Assembly: GCA_964434715.1 (NCBI GenBank)
Contig: CAYSWC010000003.1
Location: 6,652-70,651 of the forward strand
Length of the DNA: 64,000 nucleotides
Source: an uncultured Candidatus Saccharibacteria bacterium
Lineage (GTDB): Bacteria; Patescibacteriota; Minisyncoccia; UBA6257; 1-14-0-10-40-38
Direction of reading: 5' to 3'
Made by a program: the position numbers and the translations under genes. The notes under the pieces were generated by a model. It made no database searches, was not told where the DNA came from, and was given only the letters and a program-made list of their open reading frames with translations. This document shows, piece by piece, positions 1-7,029 of this stretch. Within the stretch, counting starts at the first letter, position 1, and each line of letters opens with the position of its first letter.

Positions 1-185
1 AGATCAGGCTTGAGTTCATCAATAAGTTCCGAGAGTTTCTTGCCGAGCTCAAAAATTTTAGCCGGCTCGCTTTGCTTATTTTTTATTTCCAAAACGCCGT
101 AAGTTAAAAGTTTAAGCTCCCGGGTCTTTTCAATCAAGCCGTAGCCAAGGCGCACGGTGCCGGGATCAATACCTAAAATTCTCAT
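1..185 (-). CDS. ruvC: Holliday junction resolvase RuvC, N-terminal part (continues past left edge)
   Basis: My translation of the minus strand from the ATG at 185-183 gives MRILGIDPGTVRLGYGLIEKTRELKLLTYGVLEI... The ILGIDPG start is the RuvC signature. Absent from the ORF track because it is truncated by the window edge. Confidence 0.8.
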   Translation of the reverse strand, partial: MRILGIDPGTVRLGYGLIEKTRELKLLTYGVLEIKNKQSEPAKIFELGKKLSELIDELKPD

Positions 186-191
186 AGGCGA

Positions 192-260
192 GCCACTAGG
201 GTTTAGCCAATAGTCACTAGGGTTAAATTACTAGTGGCTAGTGGCTAGTCGCTAGTGGCT
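192..260. repeat. Palindromic word-repeat built from CCACTAG/CTAGTGG units
   Basis: gccactag..cactag..ctagtggctagtggctagtcgctagtggct. A related copy lies at 15136-15230. It overlaps the last codons of yebC. Confidence 0.6.
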
Positions 261-778
261 ATGTTAGTTACTACTTTCTGTACCTCCTCCTGCTCTTCAA
301 GTTTTTCCACCAGTCTTTTAATTTTTTCCTTGGCGGCGTCTGATGCCGGTTGCCTAAATTTTGGCTGCCATTCGCCGCCCGCTTTTTCAAATGACCACAA
401 AACACTTCCCGGATCAGCCATTTTGGCTTGGCTCTCGCTTAAGATTTTTTTAACTTCAGCAATAGTCCGATTTTTGTTATCGGTAATGCCGTGAATGATG
501 ATAGCGATTTTCTCCGGACCGTAAGCTTCAACAATTATCTCTTCTAATTTTTCGGTTTCACCCGAACGTTTTATGGCCCGCTCAATGTTTTCATTGGGCA
601 CGGCATTTTCGCGCGCTTTTTCTATGGCCGCACGCAGACGAGGGTTGAATCCTGGATCAGGATTGTCGCGAGCCGCAACCGTAATGGCATTTAGAAGTTT
701 TCCAAAAACTCGGCCGCGTTTTTGGTCAGTAATCCCCTTTTTGTGTTTTATCTGCGACCATTTCGAGTGCCCGCTCAT
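245..778 (-). CDS. yebC: YebC/PmpR family DNA-binding regulator (short form, 177 aa)
   Basis: N-terminus MSGHSKWSQIKHKKG..KRGRVFGKL..NPRLR is the YebC family signature. It is shorter than the usual ~240 aa. Confidence 0.85.
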   Translation of the reverse strand: MSGHSKWSQIKHKKGITDQKRGRVFGKLLNAITVAARDNPDPGFNPRLRAAIEKARENAVPNENIERAIKRSGETEKLEEIIVEAYGPEKIAIIIHGITDNKNRTIAEVKKILSESQAKMADPGSVLWSFEKAGGEWQPKFRQPASDAAKEKIKRLVEKLEEQEEVQKVVTNIATSD

Positions 779-802
779 GGTTCTAGCTTATAGTAAATCT
801 TT

Positions 803-859
803 TAAAAAAGGAAAGCCCCGCCTAACCCAACTCCTCAAAAGGACTGGATTTAGGCGGGG
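803..859 (-). terminator. Rho-independent terminator of the GC-rich lipoprotein cassette
   Basis: On the minus strand: CCCCGCCTAA (859-850), loop, TTAGGCGGGG (825-816), then CTTTCCTTTTTT. The stem start CCGCCTAAATCCA also occurs in the terminator at 19967. Confidence 0.7.
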
Positions 860-880
860 TGGTCGTCGAGGCGGGAGGCG

Positions 881-1357
881 TCAGTAGCCTAGATAGAGAA
901 GGGATGTTTCCTTGAACGTTTCTTCGGTGACGATCCAGGTGCGGGCCTGCGAATAGTTGTTTGCGATGAGGACTATCGCAGACCTTGCCCCAACCAACCT
1001 GCCCTTGCTGTCCCAGGCCTTGATTGACACTGTGGCTTGGGCTGCGGCGGCCGAAGGGTTTTGGAACGGTATTCTCCCAGTTTGTGTCGGCTGGAGCGTA
1101 TCAAAGCCAGTGCCCTGGCGGCGATCAAAGAATCTGACCGCCTCGCCGCTTACTGCCACCTCGAGATCGTAAGGACCGGTATTAATGATCTCGAGGTTGT
1201 AGTCGTAGAAAAACGGCAGATTGGTATAGAGCCGCAGGTTGTCTACGGCCCGCCTCACCGCACCCACCAGGGCCTGGCTCGTTGTACTCACCAGTGCGCA
1301 GCCCGTGAGGCACGGCACCAAGAAAAGCAGGATCAAGAACGCCAGAAGTCGTTTCAC
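881..1357 (-). CDS. GC-rich orphan lipoprotein (158 aa)
   Basis: GTG at 1357 lies 6 nt after GGAGGT. The product VKRLLAFLILLFLVPCLTGC carries a lipobox L-T-G-C. The ORF-track start at 1402 is a TTG without an RBS. No recognisable family. Confidence 0.6.
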   Translation of the reverse strand: MKRLLAFLILLFLVPCLTGCALVSTTSQALVGAVRRAVDNLRLYTNLPFFYDYNLEIINTGPYDLEVAVSGEAVRFFDRRQGTGFDTLQPTQTGRIPFQNPSAAAAQATVSIKAWDSKGRLVGARSAIVLIANNYSQARTWIVTEETFKETSLLYLGY

Positions 1358-1412
1358 AAGACACCTCCTATGTATGTAGTTATTGGGTTGTCGAAGAGCC
1401 AAGCGTACCCCA

Positions 1413-1442
1413 ATTATAGCATAGAAGACGCCCCAATGTCAA
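1413..1442 (-). promoter_or_regulatory. Near-consensus sigma70-type promoter TTGACA-18-TGcTATAAT
   Basis: Minus strand reads TTGACA (1442-1437), an 18-nt spacer ending in TGC, then TATAAT (1418-1413), about 50 nt upstream of the GTG start. Confidence 0.6.
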
Positions 1443-1512
1443 TAGCGAGTCAGTTCCCTTTTGTTTAAACTTGCAAAGCAAGCAGTTGCTGGGCTAGTAT
1501 AAATAATAACCC

Positions 1513-3192
1513 ATGGCGGCACCAACCAAACTGGAAGAACAATTATTAAAAATCCGGCAAGCCGCCGCAGAGCGCGAAGCCCAGAGAGAAGCGGCCAAAG
1601 CCGGCGTAAGTTACCTAGACCTCACTAGCGTGCCGGTCAAGGTTGATGCCTTAAAACTTATTCCCGAAAATAGGGCACGCCGACTTAAAGTTGCCACCTT
1701 TGAACTCAAACAGTCAACTGTTGCGCTGGCGGTTCTTGATCCAGAAGATCCGGCTACCAAAGAATTAATCAAAGAGCTTGGGGCGCAGGATTTTCAGGTT
1801 AAAGTTTTCGTAAGCTCCCTCAAGGGGCTTGAACATCTTTGGAGTTTTTACCGCTTTGCCGTGCCGGAAAAAGCCCCGATTACGAGCCGCGTCAACATCG
1901 CTAAGGAGCGCATTATTGATTTAACCGCCAAGCTGGCCACTCTTAAGAATGCTCAAAAAGCAATCAGCGCTTTTGATTTTCAGACCCTTTCGGTAACCGA
2001 ATTTTTAGAAATTGTTTTTGCCGGCGCCTTGGCAAACCGGACTTCAGACATCCATTTTGAACCCGAAGAAAAAGCTGTTAAATTGCGTTACCGCATTGAC
2101 GGCATTCTGCACGACGTAGTCGCCGCCTTGAGCCGCGAATTTTATCCATCAGTCGTCTCCCGCATCAAGCTCCTTGCCAATCTTAAAATCAATGTTCGGG
2201 ACCGGCCGCAGGACGGCCGCATTACCATTGGACTGGCCACTAAAGACGTGGAGTTGAGAGTAGCGATCGCGCCCTCGGAATACGGCGAAATTATTGTCAT
2301 GCGCGTTTTAGATCCGGATGCCATCAATATCACCCTTCCGCAGTTAGGGCTCCGCGCTGATGATCTCGCTATTATTGAAACCGAAATTAAGCGGCCCAAC
2401 GGGATGATACTTAATACCGGCCCTACTGGTTCCGGCAAAACTACCACTCTTTACGCCTTTTTAAGATCGGTTCACAACCCGGAAATCAAAATCATTACTA
2501 TTGAAGATCCGATTGAATACCACTTAGAAGGCATTGAGCAAACACAGGTAGACACCGAAGCCGGCTATACTTTTGCTAACGGCCTGCGCTCTATGATGCG
2601 TCAGGATCCAGATATGATTTTGGTGGGCGAGGTACGCGATAAAGATACGGCCGAGATTGCTATTCAAGCCGCTTTAACCGGACATTTGGTTTTCTCTACC
2701 GTCCATGCTAATGAAGCCGCTGGCGCCATTCCCCGGCTACTAGATTTAGGGGTCAAGCCCCAAAGCATCGGGCCGGCCTTGAACTTAATCATTGCCCAGC
2801 GTTTAGTGCGCCGCCTGTGCCAGTTTTGTAAAATTAAAGAAAAAAACAGACCTGATTTAGAAGCTAAGATAAAATCTTTCTTAAACAAACTGCCGGGACG
2901 GGTGAATCGCGCCGATTACGAAAAGCTGGAAATTTATAAACCCAATCAAAAAGGCTGTGATCAATGCGGCATCTTCGGCGGCTATAAAGGCCGGATTGCT
3001 ATTTACGAACTTTTACAAACAGCGTCAGAAGTGCAAGAATTAATCATGAAACAAGCCGGCGAAGCAGCCATCCAAAATTTTGCCTTAAAAAGTGGTATGG
3101 TAACCATGCAGCAGGACGGTATTTTAAAAGTGATAAACGGGATGACCACCCTTGAAGAGGTGGAGGAAGTAACCGGCCCCATTAGCTGGTGA
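1513..3192 (+). CDS. pilB: Type II/IV secretion-system ATPase, GspE/PilB family
   Basis: 559 aa. Walker A GPTGSGKTTT, IEDPIEY, MRQDPD and a tetracysteine CQFC..CDQC motif typical of PilB/GspE hexameric ATPases. The gene symbol is a family-level guess. Confidence 0.85.
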   Translation: MAAPTKLEEQLLKIRQAAAEREAQREAAKAGVSYLDLTSVPVKVDALKLIPENRARRLKVATFELKQSTVALAVLDPEDPATKELIKELGAQDFQVKVFVSSLKGLEHLWSFYRFAVPEKAPITSRVNIAKERIIDLTAKLATLKNAQKAISAFDFQTLSVTEFLEIVFAGALANRTSDIHFEPEEKAVKLRYRIDGILHDVVAALSREFYPSVVSRIKLLANLKINVRDRPQDGRITIGLATKDVELRVAIAPSEYGEIIVMRVLDPDAINITLPQLGLRADDLAIIETEIKRPNGMILNTGPTGSGKTTTLYAFLRSVHNPEIKIITIEDPIEYHLEGIEQTQVDTEAGYTFANGLRSMMRQDPDMILVGEVRDKDTAEIAIQAALTGHLVFSTVHANEAAGAIPRLLDLGVKPQSIGPALNLIIAQRLVRRLCQFCKIKEKNRPDLEAKIKSFLNKLPGRVNRADYEKLEIYKPNQKGCDQCGIFGGYKGRIAIYELLQTASEVQELIMKQAGEAAIQNFALKSGMVTMQQDGILKVINGMTTLEEVEEVTGPISW

Positions 3193-3194
3193 TT

Positions 3195-3323
3195 TCATCA
3201 TCGAATAACGAATCTGTTCGAATTTACGAATAATTAAATTAGTTATTCGTTTATTCGTAAGGTATTCGCTATTCGTTGATGGATACGTTTATTCGTAAAA
3301 GATTCGTAATTCGCTGATGGAGC
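3195..3323. repeat. Palindromic ACGAAT/ATTCGT word-repeat element (copy A)
   Basis: tcatcatcgaataacgaat...attcgctattcgttgatgga followed by attcgtaattcgctgatggagcg. Sister copies lie at 8253-8345 and 42777-42856, each directly after a stop codon. Confidence 0.7.
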
Positions 3324-3331
3324 GAAGCGAA

Positions 3332-3457
3332 CAGGCAGGGGTCTGGGGGCGAAATGTCCGGGTGAGGACAAAACTAGAAACACTCCGAGGATCAGCCCAG
3401 TCTAAACCAAGCTGTCCTGATTCTTAGAATATTTCCTAGCCCCCAGGCCGCTGCCTG
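3332..3457 (+). ncRNA. Candidate structured RNA of unknown class
   Basis: CAGGCAG-G-GGTCTGGGGGC (3332-3350) pairs with GCCCCCAGGCC-G-CTGCCTG (3439-3457): 18 bp with one G.G mismatch. Internal hairpins GTCC-GGGTGA-GGAC and AGGATCAG..CTGATTCT. The G-U pairs only work on the plus strand. Confidence 0.4.
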
Positions 3458-3534
3458 CCGCCAGTAAGCGGAGATCGGCGCTAATAATTCAAACCGAGTA
3501 TATTGTAGCATAGTATAGCTTTCGTGTCAAATTT

Positions 3535-4536
3535 ATGGCTAAGCCAATCACTACTAATAACGACGATCAGGCCATAGATGTAATGCTCCGGCCGACCTCT
3601 TGGCAGGAATATGTGGGGCAGGATAAAGTCAAACGCCAGCTTAAAATTATGCTTGAGGCCGCGAGCCAACGGAAAGAAACTTGCGATCATTTGCTTTTCT
3701 ACGGCCAGGCGGGTTTAGGCAAGACTACGCTCGCCCATTTGGTAGCTAAGGAGCTTGCGGCCAATCTTCGCGTAACTTCCGGACCAGCTTTGGAGAAAGT
3801 CGCGGATCTTGCCGGCATCTTAACTAACTTAGAACGCGGCGACATTTTATTCATTGACGAAGCACACCGTTTAAACCGGATGATTGAAGAAGTCCTTTAC
3901 CCGGCAATGGAATCAAGAAAACTTAATTTAGTGGTCGGCAAAGGTCCGGGCGCGCGCACCTTGGTTTTAGACCTGCCGCCGTTTATGCTGATTGCCGCGA
4001 CCACCAGAGCCAGTTTGCTCTCCGGCCCTTTGCGCTCCCGTTTCGGCGCCACTTTTAAGCTTGATTATTATGAGATTCCCGATATTGAGGCCATTTTAAA
4101 GCGCTCGGCCGAGATTTTAAATATCAAAGCCGAGCCCGAAGCTATTAAAACCATTGCCAGGGCTTCTAGGTTTACGCCTCGCGTTGCCAACCGGCTTTTA
4201 AAGCGCGTTCGCGACTATGCTCAAGTGAAAAATATAACAACCGTTAATGAAGAAACCATTCGGAAAACCTTAGACCTTTTAGAGATCGATGAACTGGGAC
4301 TTGAACCCTACGACCGGAGACTGCTCCAGACTATTATTGAAAAGTTCAACGGCGGCCCGGTGGGCGTCTCCACTTTAGCCGCCGCTTTAAACGACGACAA
4401 AGGCAACATTGAGGAAGTTCACGAACCATTTTTAATGTCTATCGGCCTCTTAGCCCGCACTCCGGCCGGCCGCGTTGTAACCGATCCAGCCTATAAACAC
4501 TTAAGCATTGAATTGCCAAACTCAAGACTGCTTTAG
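3535..4536 (+). CDS. ruvB: Holliday junction branch-migration helicase RuvB
   Basis: 333 aa. Walker A GQAGLGKTTLA, DEAHRL, and a C-terminal winged-helix region, collinear with RuvB. Confidence 0.95.
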   Translation: MAKPITTNNDDQAIDVMLRPTSWQEYVGQDKVKRQLKIMLEAASQRKETCDHLLFYGQAGLGKTTLAHLVAKELAANLRVTSGPALEKVADLAGILTNLERGDILFIDEAHRLNRMIEEVLYPAMESRKLNLVVGKGPGARTLVLDLPPFMLIAATTRASLLSGPLRSRFGATFKLDYYEIPDIEAILKRSAEILNIKAEPEAIKTIARASRFTPRVANRLLKRVRDYAQVKNITTVNEETIRKTLDLLEIDELGLEPYDRRLLQTIIEKFNGGPVGVSTLAAALNDDKGNIEEVHEPFLMSIGLLARTPAGRVVTDPAYKHLSIELPNSRLL

Positions 4537-4601
4537 GCGGCAAAATTTGACAGGCAAGCTACAACATGCTACACTCGGGATATACTGGGATGGTCCTGGT
4601 A
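4506..4601 (+). repeat. 96-bp direct repeat, copy 1 (last 31 nt of ruvB plus promoter)
   Basis: Matches 5217-5312 at 95 of 96 positions by manual alignment (c/t difference at ttgCcaaa vs ttgTcaaa). Confidence 0.9.
4547..4575 (+). promoter_or_regulatory. Promoter TTGACA-17-TGcTACACT inside repeat copy 1
   Basis: TTGACA at 4547-4552, 17-nt spacer ending in TGC, TACACT at 4570-4575. Confidence 0.6.
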
Positions 4602-4683
4602 GGTTCTTTGGCTTTGGGAATTCAGACTTCCCTTGAGCCAGAGAATAGTCAGCACCTTAACTTTTTATGGGAGGACAGAGACA

Positions 4684-5148
4684 ATGGGTACGCCCAACTC
4701 TGATGCCGTGGCAATCGGGATCATCAAGAGCCTTGCTGTCAAACTCGGGTTGTTAGCGGCGCTCGTCGAGGGTCTCGAGACTGCCGTCAGGGAGCGGGAG
4801 GACAAGGACATCGAGATGCTTGAGGCTGCTATCGAGGCGATCAAGCCGCAATTCGAACATCTCACCGCTAGCCACGACGGCACCGAAGACCACTTTGTCG
4901 TCATCGCACGCGGCGAAAACGGCCACGCGCTTCTCATCGAGCAAAACGGCGATCTGAGTGACGACCTCGAGGGGGGCATCGGTCCGCCGTCAGCGGTTCG
5001 CAACTTCGGGCTCGAGAGGATTCTTGAGGGGATCCGCGAGCTCCTCGAGGCCAAGATCGACGAGATGGGTAATCGCCGTGCCCAGCTTGAAGAGCGTCTC
5101 CGTCAGCCCGGGGAGATCGAGGAGGCCGAGAAAGCTCGCCGCTCCTAG
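4684..5148 (+). CDS. GC-rich orphan protein A (154 aa, MGTPNS...)
   Basis: ATG at 4684 preceded by GGGAGGAcagagaca. The leader and N-terminus are shared with the gene at 5371. The ORF-track start at 4633 is unsupported. The product is acidic and helical with no family recognised. Confidence 0.6.
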   Translation: MGTPNSDAVAIGIIKSLAVKLGLLAALVEGLETAVREREDKDIEMLEAAIEAIKPQFEHLTASHDGTEDHFVVIARGENGHALLIEQNGDLSDDLEGGIGPPSAVRNFGLERILEGIRELLEAKIDEMGNRRAQLEERLRQPGEIEEAEKARRS

Positions 5149-5168
5149 CTTTTTCCCCGTGTTCGTCC

Positions 5169-5198
5169 GGGCGCGTAGCCAATCTACGCGCCCTTTTT
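5169..5198 (+). terminator. Rho-independent terminator
   Basis: GGGCGCGTAG-ccaat-CTACGCGCCC followed by TTTTT. Confidence 0.8.
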
Positions 5199-5216
5199 CA
5201 TTGCTGGCTCCCGCAA

Positions 5217-5312
5217 CATTGAATTGTCAAACTCAAGACTGCTTTAGGCGGCAAAATTTGACAGGCAAGCTACAACATGCTACACTCGGGATATACTGGG
5301 ATGGTCCTGGTA
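5217..5312 (+). repeat. 96-bp direct repeat, copy 2 (includes a pseudo 3' end of ruvB)
   Basis: See 4506-4601. It carries the duplicated ruvB tail, including its TAG at 5245-5247. Confidence 0.9.
5258..5286 (+). promoter_or_regulatory. Promoter TTGACA-17-TGcTACACT inside repeat copy 2
   Basis: Same sequence as 4547-4575, offset by 711 nt. Confidence 0.6.
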
Positions 5313-5370
5313 TCTCCGCGCTAAACGCGGAGCAATTCGCTCCTTGTCAACTTTTTAGGAGACAGAGACA

Positions 5371-5808
5371 ATGGGTGCGCCCAACTCTGTATTCGCTCGT
5401 GTCGAGAAACTGAAGCAACGGGCTGCCGAACTCGGTATCAGCGGGAACAACGCTGATAACCTCGAAGAAGCCATTAAAGTCCAAGAGCGTATGCTTCTCC
5501 GGGGTATCTTGGCGGTTCTTCGACCCCAACTCAAATACATTGTTCCACCCAGTAAGCCAGCAGCCATCGCTACTAGCTCTTGCGAAAGATTCCGGCTTTG
5601 TATTTCCAGGGGCGGCGGCTTCTCTGTTCCCGGCGACAAGATTTCGATTGAACCGGATGAGGCGATCGAGGAATTCGGTTTTCAACCGATCCTCTGTGGG
5701 TTGGAGAAGCTGGTCACCGACGCGGTCGGCCACACGGACGAACGTCTGACCAAACTCGGCTCCCGCCTGAAGAAGATTCAGGACGCGAGGAGAACACTCG
5801 AGGAGTAA
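5371..5808 (+). CDS. GC-rich orphan protein B (145 aa, MGAPNS...), distant paralog of A
   Basis: RBS AGGAGAcagagaca then ATG. Shares MG[TA]PNS and a C-terminal GLE[RK][IL].. segment with the 4684 product. Confidence 0.6.
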   Translation: MGAPNSVFARVEKLKQRAAELGISGNNADNLEEAIKVQERMLLRGILAVLRPQLKYIVPPSKPAAIATSSCERFRLCISRGGGFSVPGDKISIEPDEAIEEFGFQPILCGLEKLVTDAVGHTDERLTKLGSRLKKIQDARRTLEE

Positions 5809-5833
5809 GGCCGCCTACGTTTTTTGTTTCTCC

Positions 5834-6057
5834 GAGTGGCGCTTCGGGCTTGCGGGAGTCCTTACCTCGCCGTCCGAAGTATGCCGAGGGATTCCGACTT
5901 CCTCAAATGACGGAGCCAGAGCCGCAAGGCGTTGAAGGCAATGAAGTCAGAGTAAGGGACGGCTCGGATGCGGCAGAAAAGGACGTTAATCTCGTCGAAG
6001 CGCCACTCACTCAAAAACAGCAGGGTTGCCAGTTCTCCCTAAAAACTGGCGTTTTTT
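5834..6057 (+). ncRNA. Candidate GC-rich structured RNA with its own terminator
   Basis: GAGTGGCGCTTCG (5834-5846) is the perfect complement of CGAAGCGCCACTC (5996-6008). Internal hairpins include GCC-GCAA-GGC and GAGGGA..TTCCTC. Terminator GCCAGTT..AACTGGC plus TTTTTT at 6028-6057. Confidence 0.4.
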
Positions 6058-6101
6058 ATTTAAATTTCGTATATTCGTAATAATTTCGTATTTCGTAGCC
6101 T

Positions 6102-6599
6102 ATGACAATTAAAGAATTTTTACCTAACCCTACCGGCAAGGACACCGAAGGCGAATACATTGTTTTACTGAATAACAATGAGCAAACAATTAACCTAGCT
6201 GGCTGGTCTATTAAAGACTCAAGCGGCAAAGTTTTTAAACTTGATAGCCATACTTTAGCGCCCAATGAAGAATTAAAACTTTTCTATACAACCACCAAAA
6301 TCGCGCTTAACAACGATGGCGAAACTATTTTCCTAATTACTCCGGCCGGCCAAATTGCCGATGAGTTAGGTTTTACCGGTGCTATTCAGGAAGGCGCGGT
6401 TGTGAGCCGAAGCGCCGAAGCCAGCCACGAATTAAAGGCCGAGCTTTTAGAAACTTTCCCCAGCGATGAACCGGGCGGTAATTTGGCGCTGGACAGCCAG
6501 ATTTTTTTATTAATGATTTTAACCGGCATTATTTTAGCCGGTCTCACCGTCTGGATTTTAAGAAAATTTCCCAAAACCCAAGATGAAAAGACTTCTTAG
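6102..6599 (+). CDS. Lamin-tail-domain (LTD) protein with C-terminal TM helix
   Basis: IKEFLPNPTGKDTEGEYIVLLN..INLAGWSIKD..LNNDGETIFL fits the LTD pattern. A hydrophobic helix lies near the C-terminus. Confidence 0.65.
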   Translation: MTIKEFLPNPTGKDTEGEYIVLLNNNEQTINLAGWSIKDSSGKVFKLDSHTLAPNEELKLFYTTTKIALNNDGETIFLITPAGQIADELGFTGAIQEGAVVSRSAEASHELKAELLETFPSDEPGGNLALDSQIFLLMILTGIILAGLTVWILRKFPKTQDEKTS

Positions 6600-7029
6600 A
6601 AGCCCGAGCCAAACCAAAAAATTCGCCGTCCGACTGGCAGAAAAGATAGTAAGACAAAAGCCAAGGCGCCACGCCAGGATTTTCGGTTTAGTGGGTGATT
6701 TGGGCTCCGGAAAAACCACGTTTATTCAGGGTTTTTTAAAAATGTTGGGCGTAAAACAATCGGTAATCAGCCCGACTTTTCTTATTTTTCGGCCCTATCC
6801 CCTACCCACTGACGTCAAACACTACCAGACAGCCTATCACGTAGATTTATATCGCATAAAATCAGCAAAAGAACTAGAGATTTTAAACTTTAAGGACATC
6901 ATTAAAGACCCGCGCAATATTGTCCTAATCGAATGGGCTAATAAAATAAAACGCTCTTTACCAAAAAATACTATTTGGCTACGATTTGAACACAGCAGAA
7001 AACCCACGGAAAGAATTATTACCATATGA
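6583..7029 (+). CDS. tsaE: tRNA t6A37 biosynthesis ATPase TsaE (YjeE)
   Basis: P-loop GDLGSGKTTF, SPTF, HVDLYR and a ..EW motif in the order typical of TsaE. Confidence 0.85.
   Translation: MKRLLRSPSQTKKFAVRLAEKIVRQKPRRHARIFGLVGDLGSGKTTFIQGFLKMLGVKQSVISPTFLIFRPYPLPTDVKHYQTAYHVDLYRIKSAKELEILNFKDIIKDPRNIVLIEWANKIKRSLPKNTIWLRFEHSRKPTERIITI

Noticed and set aside
3306-3325. Hammerhead ribozyme core, because the ACGAAT repeats end in CTGATGGAGCG
   Set aside because: CUGAUGG deviates from CUGANGA. No stem II hairpin or GAAA box follows in the required arrangement.
3345-3365. RNase P RNA, because of AAATGTCCGGGT resembling the GAAAGTCCGGGC P4 strand
   Set aside because: The element is only ~125 nt and I see no matching ACAGAA.CCGGCTTA partner or other conserved regions. 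The resemblance is too short.
5850-6080. 76-aa ORF inside the GC-rich structured region
   Set aside because: It has a non-ATG start, no RBS and an implausible product, and it runs through the terminator hairpin. An RNA element explains the region better.
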